Part shown: positions 9,192-18,835 of the stretch, one piece after another
How positions within the stretch are numbered: the first letter of the stretch is position 1
How the letters are laid out: every line of letters starts with the position of its first letter
Origin: an uncultured Candidatus Poseidoniales archaeon
GTDB taxonomy: Archaea; Thermoplasmatota; Poseidoniia; Poseidoniales; Thalassarchaeaceae
Reading direction: 5' to 3'
Length of the DNA stretch: 64,000 bases
Assembly: GCA_964647665.1 (NCBI GenBank)
Contig: CAZYIX010000003.1
Coordinates: forward strand, 10,742-74,741
Position numbers and translations under genes: made by a program
Notes under the pieces: model-generated
Told to the model about the DNA's origin: nothing
Seen by the model: the letters and a program-made list of their open reading frames with translations, nothing else
Database searches by the model: none

Positions 9192-9599
9192 ATGTCTCAA
9201 ACTCGCAAAGTTATCATTGACGGAGTCGAATATGAGGTCGAGGTTGAGCAAGTTGGTGATGTATTCCACGCCACCGTAGAGGGCAAGACATTCGAAATCC
9301 AAATACCTGAATCAACCCATTCTGCCCCGCGCAAGCGCGGAAGCGGCAGTCGCAAGCGAAGTGGGGTGGTATCGGCAAATATGCCCGGAAAAGTGGTCAC
9401 AGTAGAAGTCGCGAAAGGACAGGAGGTCGTCGAAGGCCAAACCGTGCTGATTCTTGAGGCGATGAAAATGCAAAATGAGGTTGCTGCACCCATCTCTGGA
9501 ACAGTGAGCGAAGTCAGTTGCACAGAAGGAGATAGTGTCGAAGCGAACGTTCCCCTAGTGGTAATCGAGCCACCTGCTGAGCAAGGAGATGGTAAATGA
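9192..9599 (+). CDS. biotin carboxyl carrier protein (biotinyl domain)
   Basis: Biotin attachment motif EAMKMQNEV inside a GQTVLILEAMKMQNEVAAPISGTV lipoyl/biotinyl fold. Confidence 0.8.
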   Translation: MSQTRKVIIDGVEYEVEVEQVGDVFHATVEGKTFEIQIPESTHSAPRKRGSGSRKRSGVVSANMPGKVVTVEVAKGQEVVEGQTVLILEAMKMQNEVAAPISGTVSEVSCTEGDSVEANVPLVVIEPPAEQGDGK

Positions 9600-9630
9600 A
9601 ACAGGTGGTACAAAGCGATGGTTGAAGTGA

Positions 9631-9891
9631 GTGGGAGGTATTCGTCTGTCTGGTGATGGAGTGCCTCGATGTGATTATCCCGGCTGCGAGGCAGATGGTG
9701 TTGACACCAGCCGTCTCTCACCTGAGGGATATCTAGTCGCTACCGGCAAGAAAGCCTACTCATTCCGCGAAGCATACCGCAGATTCCACTACTGTAACAA
9801 GCACCACTCTGAACTGATGAGCAATGTTTGGGGTCGAGTCCGTAAACCGGGTGACAAGGACGACGACCACGTCGCCCCAACTGCCATTTAG
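9631..9891 (+). CDS. hypothetical Cys/His-containing small protein
   Basis: ORF with GTG start (alternative GTG at 9661). CDYPGC ... HYCNKHH may be a zinc site. No recognisable family. Confidence 0.3.
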   Translation: MGGIRLSGDGVPRCDYPGCEADGVDTSRLSPEGYLVATGKKAYSFREAYRRFHYCNKHHSELMSNVWGRVRKPGDKDDDHVAPTAI

Positions 9892-9899
9892 GTGAAATT

Positions 9900-10340
9900 A
9901 TGCAAACTCAAGCTCCTTGGGAAGGCAGTGAAACGCAACCCCAAGGCCAAGTCGTTGCCGGAATCCCTCAGCAACAGGTCCTTGTTGGACAGCCAGCCAA
10001 TCCGCAAATTGTCTATGTTAACGCACCTGCATTCAAACCTAGCCCAAATTTCAGACACATGTCCTATATGGTCATAGGCCTTGGAGTTATCTTGTCTTTT
10101 CTCGTGGTGGTAATGTCAGAAATGGCTGGATTCGACGGGGTAGGTGGATTTAGCAATTCAATATGCTGTGGCTCAATTGGAATTGCATGTATTCTAGATG
10201 CTATGTACTACAATGATAAATCAACATGGCAACGTGAAACTGGTGGAGAAACAACTAGCTCCACACTCGGCATGATTGTCGATATTATTTTCGCCGTACT
10301 TTGCCTAGGAATCGCCTTAGTATTCCTAACCGTCTATTGA
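9900..10340 (+). CDS. membrane protein with Q/P-rich N-terminus, unknown function
   Basis: 146-aa ORF with ATG start and three or four hydrophobic helices after a PQGQ/QQQ-rich head. Confidence 0.45.
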   Translation: MQTQAPWEGSETQPQGQVVAGIPQQQVLVGQPANPQIVYVNAPAFKPSPNFRHMSYMVIGLGVILSFLVVVMSEMAGFDGVGGFSNSICCGSIGIACILDAMYYNDKSTWQRETGGETTSSTLGMIVDIIFAVLCLGIALVFLTVY

Positions 10341-10352
10341 TGCTGTTCAGCA

Positions 10353-11747
<1,395 letters not shown>

Positions 11748-11905
11748 TCATCGGGTAACTTCGGCGACCTTAGACCCCTTTTTCAATGGTCCGATGGGTA
11801 TCCCTTGCTAAAATGCATTATCGTATCTGTAAATGTGACTCAGTGTGGCGGTTTCATTCTGAAACCGTTAGCGAATAGGTCCGCAGTTTGCCGTAATACA
11901 CTGTT

Positions 11906-13225
11906 TCAAGCGAAAATGATGCGCTCGGCAACCGCTGCAACCGCATCGGCGTGTTGTGGTAGAGTCATCACGAACATGGCTGCCTGACTTACCTGCCTGA
12001 CGCGGAGGGCCTCGGCAATCGGGGTGTGTTCACGGAACCATCGGGTGCGGCCATCATCTCCAACGATGCGGATGTCGACGGCGGCCATACGGGGCTCAGA
12101 CAGCAGGAGTTTGACACTTGGTACATCTATGCCAACATAGCCTTCTGGAACTTTGGCTCGCGCTGCAATCTCATCCTCGACTGCTCGCCGCGCTTCGCTG
12201 TCACTGGCAAGTTTGACCAATCGCTCTACCTGCTCATCAGTCAACTCATCACGGCGGCGAGTGATGCAGACCTTCAGCATCTGTCGATACTTGAGACGCC
12301 TCAGCATCTCCTGAGAAAATCCGCCAGCGTCACCGAGGGCCTGCCAAATCTCAGCATCGACCATGCGTTGCATATCAACCGCTTCCGGCAGAGTATCCTC
12401 AGACCTCTCAACTGCCCTAGATAGCATCACTTCAGTCACTCTAGTCACTCGATGGAAGTATACCGCACTGTACATCAGAGCTCGCGCCATGAACATCCCT
12501 TCGAGTGCTGACAAGCCACCTTCATTGACAGCGACATCACCCGAATGGCGCTCAAGACAGTGAATCAGACGGTGATGGTCCACTATTCCATGTTTGACTC
12601 CGGTGAAATGTGCATCACGTAATAGGTAGTCCAGTTGGTCGCAATCTACCGGCCCATGAACGAGATGCGCCACAGTATGATCTGCGCTGGCAAACGACTC
12701 CTCGCCCTGCTCCCATGAGAATAGGTTACGTTCTGAGCCAGCCGCATTAGGGCCGTGGATGAGACCAGCGACCTCTTCTGGAACCAGTCCGTGTTGCTCA
12801 AGAATGTCGGGAATCCTAGCACGGTCACCGAAAATCGCTTCCTCACCCTCTCGAAGCACATCGTAATCTCCAGTAATAATTCCTTCAGTGATGTGCATGT
12901 GGTCAGCACCACCCCTCTCGTGAAGGATATGCTCCAAGGTGTGTGAATACGGACCATGCCCTACATCGTGTAGCATTGCTCCTACCTGCACCATCTCCTT
13001 CTCATGGGAATCTAGACCAATCGAGTCGGCCATCAACCCGCCGAGGTGTGAAACTCCGAGTGAATGCTCGAAACGTGTGTGATGTGCGCCGGGGAATACT
13101 AGATGGGCTAGGCCAAGTTGTTTGATGTGACTCAATTTGTTGAATTCAGGTGTATTCAATAGAGCCTCGCGGCAACCATCGACCTTGAAAATACCATGAA
13201 TAGTGTCGTTAATCACCTTCGCCAT
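11906..13225 (-). CDS. HD-domain phosphohydrolase (dNTP triphosphohydrolase/SAMHD1-like family)
   Basis: HTRFEHSLGVSHL and LHDVGHGPYSH HD motifs, plus DQLDYLLRD. Confidence 0.8.
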   Translation of the reverse strand: MAKVINDTIHGIFKVDGCREALLNTPEFNKLSHIKQLGLAHLVFPGAHHTRFEHSLGVSHLGGLMADSIGLDSHEKEMVQVGAMLHDVGHGPYSHTLEHILHERGGADHMHITEGIITGDYDVLREGEEAIFGDRARIPDILEQHGLVPEEVAGLIHGPNAAGSERNLFSWEQGEESFASADHTVAHLVHGPVDCDQLDYLLRDAHFTGVKHGIVDHHRLIHCLERHSGDVAVNEGGLSALEGMFMARALMYSAVYFHRVTRVTEVMLSRAVERSEDTLPEAVDMQRMVDAEIWQALGDAGGFSQEMLRRLKYRQMLKVCITRRRDELTDEQVERLVKLASDSEARRAVEDEIAARAKVPEGYVGIDVPSVKLLLSEPRMAAVDIRIVGDDGRTRWFREHTPIAEALRVRQVSQAAMFVMTLPQHADAVAAVAERIIFA

Positions 13226-13241
13226 TTCGGCACCTCAGGTA

Positions 13242-16200
13242 TCAGTCATTGAAAGGCACCCAAGTGCCGTCATGGTCGTAGTATCCGCCCCATTGTCGCG
13301 CCTGTTCGAGCCACTGGTCGTGCTGGTCCTGACTCCAATCAGTAGCGGTATCTACCTGTGTGGTCTGGCCTGCTGCGGCTTGCTCGCCACCAGTCTGCTG
13401 CTGTGCGGCCCACCATTCTGACATTGCTGCGCCTTGACTATCATCTTCGAATGCGAAGCGGCGCGCTTCGAGACGGTCCTTGAGAAGCATACCCTGCCCA
13501 GCACCAATCTTGTTCTTCTGAATCAGACTATCGAGTTCTTCCTCGACATCAGCCAGCCCGTCAAAGCCCTCTGCAGCATCGACCATCGTCTGCATCTGGT
13601 CAAAGACCCGGCGCTGTCCACCGGAGCCGGAGAACATCGAGTATGACACAATGGCAATCGCCACCAAGAGCGTCAATACCGTTGCCAAGACACCTTGGAT
13701 GACCGGGTCATCAATCGTTGATTCTTTGGCTGTTTCAAGGTGATCTGGCACGAAGTTACCGTCTGCATCAGCAGGTGTATCGCGGGCATCGAATGGGTCA
13801 GTCGGAGGTTCAGCAGTCAATTCTGCCTCGTTACCGTAGCCATCTCCGTCAATATCAAGGTCGAGCATGTCAGGCCAGCCATCTTCATCAAGGTCTGAAC
13901 AGCCAAAGAATCCTCGATTGCTAGTTCCATAAACCATCGGACAATCGTCTGATTGGTTTCCGAAAGTCTGTTGGTCAGAATAGCCATCACCATCAGAGTC
14001 AGACCACAGTATACCGTTGTTCGGCCAAGGGTCAATGCTGTCTGCCCAGCCATCTCCATCATTGTCTGGGCAGCCTAGTCTATCGCCTTCAGATGAGGTG
14101 CCAGCCCAATTCAGACAATCATCAGGATTATTGCCATCTGCATTGTCACCAAAACCATCCTCATCTTCATCTACAGACTGTGTGCCATCGAATGGGAATG
14201 GGTCATTGAGGTCGCTGACACCGTCACCATCGCTGTCATGACAGCCATATCGGTCTACATGAGAGGTTCCCCATTGTAGCGGGCAGTCGTCAATCTGTAA
14301 TTCGGGACTCTCACCTTCATCGACGTAACCGTCACCATCGGTATCAGGGCAACCATTCTCTGCCAGTCCCACTATCGTAGGACACTCATCCGCTTCATTG
14401 GACAATCCATCTCCATCGTTGTCTGGACAACCGAAGGCATCTAGCCAAGACGTTCCGGGTCTGGTCGGGCAACCATCAGGGGTCGAACCATTCGGATTGT
14501 CGCCAAAGCCGTCTCCATCGAAGTCGGCCCATTGGGTTGGGTCATCGTCGACCTCATCAAACTCATCCGACCAGCCATCACCATCAGCGTCTGGACATCC
14601 GACGAGGTCACGTATTGAAGTCCCAGCCATGTAAACACAGTCATCGAATGGACCAAATGGGCCGCCGGCATTCGCATCCTCAAACCCGTCACCATCCCAA
14701 TCTAGAGGTGAAGGGTCCGGATTGGTTGCATTCGGGAACCATTCACCCGGCCAATGTGACATTCGAGTGGCATTCCAAGCGGGGTCGCCCCAGTTATCTC
14801 CCAAGCCGTCACTGTCTGAATCAAACCACTGTGTGGGGTCGTTGAAGAAGTCATCATACAAATCCGACTGACCATCACTATCCAAGTCGTGGCAACCGTA
14901 TACATCCCGCCAAGAGGTCCCCCACACCATCGGACAGGCATCTGGCGTGGTTCCAGTGGCATTCTCGCCGAAGCCATCTCCATCAGAGTCTACCCACTGG
15001 CTGGGGTCGAATGGAAGCAAGTCGTTTTCGTCAGACCAGCCGTCTCCATCACTGTCAAGACAACCAAATCGGTCAATGGTAGAAGTTCCAGGCTCATCGA
15101 TGCAACTGTCCGGCTGCCAACCGTCTGGATTGTCACCGTAGCCATCCTTGTCAGTATCTCTCCATTGAGTTCTATCAAGAGGGAAGTCGTCCATACTGTC
15201 ACCGATTCCGTCACCATCTTGGTCGCTACCAAACATGATTAGGAAAATATCAGCGCCACCTATACTCGATAACGTGATTGAGGTAGAGCCACTGCCCGCA
15301 GAGGCTGAAGAGTGGAAGTAACCGCCAAAGGCGTACATTCCACTGCGCATTCCAACAGCCCAGCCATATTCAGAACTAGAGCCGCCGAATTTCTTAGCCC
15401 AATCCCAACCACCAGCCGATGGTGCGTATGCAATGAACGCGTCTGTACTACCAGAAGAAGAAAGTTGACTATTTGCAAACCAAGCGTTACTCTGGTACAT
15501 TCCAGATACGACAAGGTCGCCCGTAGCATTATCCATTTCAAGATCGTAGCAATAATCGGTGCTTGAGCCTCCGGCCACTTGCGCCCAAAGATAATTGCCG
15601 TTGGAATCCCATTTCGCTACAAGGCAATCCCAATTGTTACCATTCTGATACGCAAAAATGCGATTGTTTCCGTTGGTATGAAAATCCACAAGATACTGGA
15701 ACCGCGCCGCAACCGCGACATCACCGTTGTCAGCGACGGCAACGGCTTCACCATACGAACTGTAAGATGACTGCAGATAACCGGCCATTCGAGCCCACTG
15801 ATAATTGCCACTGGTGTCAAACATCGCTACGAAAATTCGGTAATAATTGCTGGAAGAATAACTCGGTACCAATTCGCTGCCACCAATGTTGATTCGATAG
15901 GAGAATTCGCCAGTCACCACAACGTCACCGTTCTGATTGACGTCGATATCCCTTCCTCGCTGGTAGTAACTCCCGTACATGCGCTCGGCCCAAGTGAATT
16001 GACCAGAGGGGTTCAGTGCAGCGATGAAGGCCTCATCATAACTGTAAGATTGAAGTGTATACGCACCAAAGTAACTGGTGCTGTAGTAAGTTCCGGTGAT
16101 GTAGGAATTGCCCTGTTCATCAACCGCAACACCATACCCATAATCCTGGCTTCCACTACCTGCACGGGTGGCCCACAGCCAATTGCCATCCGCATCCAAT

Positions 16201-16679
16201 CTTGCTACAAAAATGTCGTAACTGCCTTGACTAGACAATTGCGTGTTGCCGAAGGTTGCGGTGTTGTAGAAGTAACCTGTAATGGAAATATTTCCACCAT
16301 CATCAACTGCGATATCCTGGCACTGGTCGCTGCTTGTACTACCAGCCTTTTCGACCCAATCCCAGTTTCCATTCGAAATACGGCCAACGAAGATATCGGT
16401 CGAACCGTAACCATTCAGGGTGATTGAACCAAACGTCGCTGTGTTGTAGAAATAGCCGCAAGCATAGGTTCGGCCTTGAGCGTCCATCGCTATACCCATT
16501 ATCGCATCAGTGCTGCTTGAACCACCGGCTTGAATGCCCCATAGCAAGGCATTACTGGTGCTCCGGCCACTGCCGAGACCAGACTCGTCTTCCAATTCTT
16601 TCGCGGAAGGAATAGTCATCACGAAGGGGGCTGCAAGCAGCAAAAGGACAAGGGTCACGACGAGGTATCTCGGTTGCAT
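13242..16679 (-). CDS. about 1,145-aa anchored surface protein: signal/TM, SBBP-type beta-propeller repeats, more than 15 TSP3-like Ca-binding repeats, C-terminal TM and cytoplasmic tail
   Basis: Repeated motifs of the type GSxxxDxGxGIAVDxxGNxYITGYFYNTATFG (SBBP-like). Many DxDxDGxxD motifs (DSDGDGWSDE, DADGDGWSDE, DNDGDGWADS). TM VLATVLTLLVAIAIVSYSMF. The start at M16 (16679) precedes the hydrophobic leader; the ORF track extends to 16724. Confidence 0.8.
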   Translation of the reverse strand: MQPRYLVVTLVLLLLAAPFVMTIPSAKELEDESGLGSGRSTSNALLWGIQAGGSSSTDAIMGIAMDAQGRTYACGYFYNTATFGSITLNGYGSTDIFVGRISNGNWDWVEKAGSTSSDQCQDIAVDDGGNISITGYFYNTATFGNTQLSSQGSYDIFVARLDADGNWLWATRAGSGSQDYGYGVAVDEQGNSYITGTYYSTSYFGAYTLQSYSYDEAFIAALNPSGQFTWAERMYGSYYQRGRDIDVNQNGDVVVTGEFSYRINIGGSELVPSYSSSNYYRIFVAMFDTSGNYQWARMAGYLQSSYSSYGEAVAVADNGDVAVAARFQYLVDFHTNGNNRIFAYQNGNNWDCLVAKWDSNGNYLWAQVAGGSSTDYCYDLEMDNATGDLVVSGMYQSNAWFANSQLSSSGSTDAFIAYAPSAGGWDWAKKFGGSSSEYGWAVGMRSGMYAFGGYFHSSASAGSGSTSITLSSIGGADIFLIMFGSDQDGDGIGDSMDDFPLDRTQWRDTDKDGYGDNPDGWQPDSCIDEPGTSTIDRFGCLDSDGDGWSDENDLLPFDPSQWVDSDGDGFGENATGTTPDACPMVWGTSWRDVYGCHDLDSDGQSDLYDDFFNDPTQWFDSDSDGLGDNWGDPAWNATRMSHWPGEWFPNATNPDPSPLDWDGDGFEDANAGGPFGPFDDCVYMAGTSIRDLVGCPDADGDGWSDEFDEVDDDPTQWADFDGDGFGDNPNGSTPDGCPTRPGTSWLDAFGCPDNDGDGLSNEADECPTIVGLAENGCPDTDGDGYVDEGESPELQIDDCPLQWGTSHVDRYGCHDSDGDGVSDLNDPFPFDGTQSVDEDEDGFGDNADGNNPDDCLNWAGTSSEGDRLGCPDNDGDGWADSIDPWPNNGILWSDSDGDGYSDQQTFGNQSDDCPMVYGTSNRGFFGCSDLDEDGWPDMLDLDIDGDGYGNEAELTAEPPTDPFDARDTPADADGNFVPDHLETAKESTIDDPVIQGVLATVLTLLVAIAIVSYSMFSGSGGQRRVFDQMQTMVDAAEGFDGLADVEEELDSLIQKNKIGAGQGMLLKDRLEARRFAFEDDSQGAAMSEWWAAQQQTGGEQAAAGQTTQVDTATDWSQDQHDQWLEQARQWGGYYDHDGTWVPFND

Positions 16680-16746
16680 CAATCCTCGCACGCACGCACG
16701 CGCATAAAAGAGGCGTGACGACAAGTTAGGCTCTCAAAACAAACGC

Positions 16747-17262
16747 TCAGCGGTACGGATGCAGTGTTAGATAGCGGTCAAGCCGCGTAGTGAATGATTC
16801 AGACCCCTCGTGCTTTGCTGCCATTGCCCGGACGGCCTCCTCTACCAATGCATGCTCGTCAGGCTGAATTTCCATCACCCTGCGCATTACGTCAAGCATC
16901 GCCCACTCATCGTCGGTGATGACCTCGTCGGAGAGAGCCGCGATGAGTGCACTTTGGTAAGTGGTTGCGTCGCCCATCTGCCTACCCTCCCATTCAACAG
17001 CATTATTGGATGAAATCGGAGATTGCATTTCACCGCGCAAAATTGCCCAACACTGGCCAAGAACCCCAGAAGGAAGGCCATGACTCTGAGCGAGCACAGA
17101 TAGAATCGCCATCTCATCGTCCGTGATGATATCATCGTCTACGGCCACTTTCAGTGTCCGCAGATAGAAATGCAGGCCACGACTTGCTTCAAGTGTCATG
17201 GCTGGGCGACACAAGAGTTGGGTATAACCTCGATGGATGAAGCATTCAGGGCACCGGTTCAC
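16747..17262 (-). CDS. TerB-like / DjlA-N-like tandem-repeat protein, unknown function
   Basis: Two copies of the D(D/E)xITDDE(M/W)A(I/M)L helix-pair motif. Alternative start at 17199. Confidence 0.45.
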   Translation of the reverse strand: MNRCPECFIHRGYTQLLCRPAMTLEASRGLHFYLRTLKVAVDDDIITDDEMAILSVLAQSHGLPSGVLGQCWAILRGEMQSPISSNNAVEWEGRQMGDATTYQSALIAALSDEVITDDEWAMLDVMRRVMEIQPDEHALVEEAVRAMAAKHEGSESFTTRLDRYLTLHPYR

Positions 17263-17283
17263 TCTGCAGTAGTCTTGCGCTTA

Positions 17284-17661
17284 TCAGCTCGAACTGAGGC
17301 CTGATAGTGACCGTTCAACATTGCGAATCGCGTCGTTCAAAATCAACTGTTGCTGGCGGATTTCAGACTCCAGTTCACGAAGGAGTTCGAGTTGTGATAC
17401 GATTAGAGACCAGCGGCGAGACGGTCGGCCCCGGCCGATGGAGGGGGATTCATCAGAATCAACCCAACCGCGAAATCTACATTGACGAAGTCCACTTGAA
17501 ACCTGTGATAATTCCATTCCAGAACTCAAAGTGATCTCTCGAAGACTGGCTGGCACGCCATTTGAGAGGTGAGATACAACCGTTGCAGTGGTCTCCACCA
17601 AACCCAACTCAATGAGAAGGTCAACATCCATCGAATTGCTCACCGAAGCACCCTCACTCAA
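17284..17661 (-). CDS. winged-helix transcription regulator (TrmB/ArsR-like) with coiled-coil tail
   Basis: LGLVETTATVVSHL...ASLREITLSSGMELSQVSSGLRQ...GRGRPSRRW follows the TrmB-type HTH-wing pattern. Confidence 0.5.
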   Translation of the reverse strand: MSEGASVSNSMDVDLLIELGLVETTATVVSHLSNGVPASLREITLSSGMELSQVSSGLRQCRFRGWVDSDESPSIGRGRPSRRWSLIVSQLELLRELESEIRQQQLILNDAIRNVERSLSGLSSS

Positions 17662-17732
17662 GCCGTCTTAATTGACTGTAAAGCAGTGATGTGGTTTCGC
17701 TCATATATGCGTATCCGCACGACCGAGTGCAA

Positions 17733-17816
17733 GCAGGGGTCGCCAAGCTTGGTCAACGGCGCTGCGTTCAGGGCGCAGTCCTCAGTGGTTCGCAGGTTCA
17801 AATCCTGCCCCCTGCA
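17733..17816 (+). tRNA. tRNA-Leu (anticodon CAG), class II with long variable arm, CCA not encoded
   Basis: Acceptor GCAGGGG/CCCCTGC plus discriminator A. Anticodon stem CTGCG/CGCAG with loop TTCAGGG. T arm GCAGG-TTCAAAT-CCTGC. Confidence 0.85.
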
Positions 17817-17833
17817 TTACCAATTCCAATCAA

Positions 17834-17838
17834 TTTTT
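17834..17838 (+). terminator. T5 run downstream of tRNA-Leu(CAG)
   Basis: caaTTTTTg lies 18 nt after the tRNA 3' end. Oligo-T tracts act as archaeal termination signals. Confidence 0.3.
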
Positions 17839-17959
17839 GAATTACAATGTATTCTGGCCTTCCTGCCATGAAAAATGAACGTTTTTGCCGGATATTCGGT
17901 GAAACCGTGCTACTGCGAGATATTATTTCCTTAGAAGGCGGCACATGCAACAGTCAATC

Positions 17960-17999
17960 TGTATTTCAAATTGTATTTCAATTGCATTACGACTATATA
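17960..17999 (+). promoter_or_regulatory. tandem direct repeat TGTATTTCAAWT x2 plus TATATA box upstream of the RHH gene
   Basis: TGTATTTCAA occurs at 17960-17969 and 17972-17981 (12-nt period). TATATA at 17994-17999. GGAGGGG Shine-Dalgarno-like at 18027-18033 before the ATG at 18042. Confidence 0.4.
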
Positions 18000-18041
18000 C
18001 CTCCCATGGGTCTCCTCGGTTGAACAGGAGGGGTGAGTGAC

Positions 18042-18413
18042 ATGGTAGCCAGCCAAATGACAAGCATGCGAGTGCCGGAAGATCACTTGCAATTGCTTGA
18101 CCAGCGAGTGGGATTCGATGGTATGAGGAATCGCTCAGATGTCATTCGAGCCGCTATTGCACTGTTCTTGGAATCTACACCTACTCACTCTAATGTGCAC
18201 ACTGTCAAATTCGATATTGGCATTGGACTTCGCAAGGAGTTGGACTTGCTATACGAACTGCGAGGCACCAAGCCTGCAGAGGCAGCAAGGATTGGCTTAG
18301 AGAATTACATGCGACATGTTCTGAGTGACAGTGATACTGTTGCTTCACTACTTGAGTTGCGAATAGAGGAACTTCGCACAAGCATGGAACCACATGAGGA
18401 TCATACCGAATAA
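18042..18413 (+). CDS. ribbon-helix-helix (CopG/Arc/MetJ-type) DNA-binding protein
   Basis: MRVPEDHLQLLDQRV....RNRSDVIRAAIALFLE is a canonical RHH beta-strand plus two helices. In-frame GTG alternative at 18033. Confidence 0.7.
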   Translation: MVASQMTSMRVPEDHLQLLDQRVGFDGMRNRSDVIRAAIALFLESTPTHSNVHTVKFDIGIGLRKELDLLYELRGTKPAEAARIGLENYMRHVLSDSDTVASLLELRIEELRTSMEPHEDHTE

Positions 18414-18462
18414 AACGGCCCTGGTGAGAGACGTGGCAAAAAAAAGTGATGGGATGCAAACC

Positions 18463-18762
18463 GCGGGGGGGTCTTCGGACCCCTCCGCAACTCCACTCTC
18501 TCTAGGTTCAGCTGGCCACAGCCGTTCGAGCCGCCTTTTCGATGAGGCTTCACCGGCTGTTCTGACTGTCGGATTCAAGGCTCTGCAAGCCAGAGCATCT
18601 GAAGCACTAATTTCGCTGAAATCCATCTCGAACACCCCCAGCCCCCGCGATGCGGGGGCACCCCCCTCAACAACACCCTTCTCCGCTTCGGCGGGGACCC
18701 CTTCCTCGACGGACGTATGATTCGTCACCCCCGCTCCCGCCTCGGCGGGAGCCCCCTACTCC
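18463..18762. ncRNA. GC-rich hairpin-dense intergenic element, candidate structured RNA of unknown class (strand unresolved)
   Basis: At least 7 strong stems: 18463-18488 (11 bp, UUCG loop), 18518-18560, 18571-18624, 18641-18659 (8 bp), 18681-18696 (UUCG loop), 18712-18726, 18733-18752 (8 bp). They are separated by C5-C7 runs. A8 run at 18438-18445. Confidence 0.3.
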
Positions 18763-18835
18763 GGATAGTCGACAGACTGTTCTCCACTTTTGATAACTCA
18801 ATCTTCAAAGGGGGTCGATTCTCAGGCTGTGCTCT

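Noticed and set aside
13850-15250. Periodic nucleotide repeats that could be mistaken for tandem repeats or a CRISPR-like array. The same pattern occurs at about 28250-30250.
   Set aside because: The periodicity is the degenerate coding of DxDxDGxxD calcium-binding loops within intact ORFs. The units are not identical, there is no spacer/repeat alternation, and no cas genes are present anywhere in the window.
18348-18728. ORFs of 126 aa (-) and 108 aa (+, 18394..18720) covering the GC-rich element.
   Set aside because: Both are low-complexity Ala/Gly/Pro/Ser strings. Their repeated AS/DAG(A/T)P motifs are direct translations of the repeated CCGC-loop-GCGG hairpins. They overlap each other and the RHH gene 3' end, and neither has a credible start context.
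18420-18800. Assigning the structured element to RNase P RNA or SRP (7S) RNA.
   Set aside because: - **RNase P:** the minus strand has GAGGAAGGGGUCC and CAGAACAGCCGG, which only loosely resemble the RNase P CR-I/CR-V motifs (GAGGAAAGUCC, ACAGAACCCGGCUUA). These segments cannot pair as P4, and the second lies more than 100 nt from the 3' end.
- **SRP:** no GGAAGG.AGCA helix-8 motif occurs on either strand.
- **Status:** the call is left as unknown pending a covariance-model scan.
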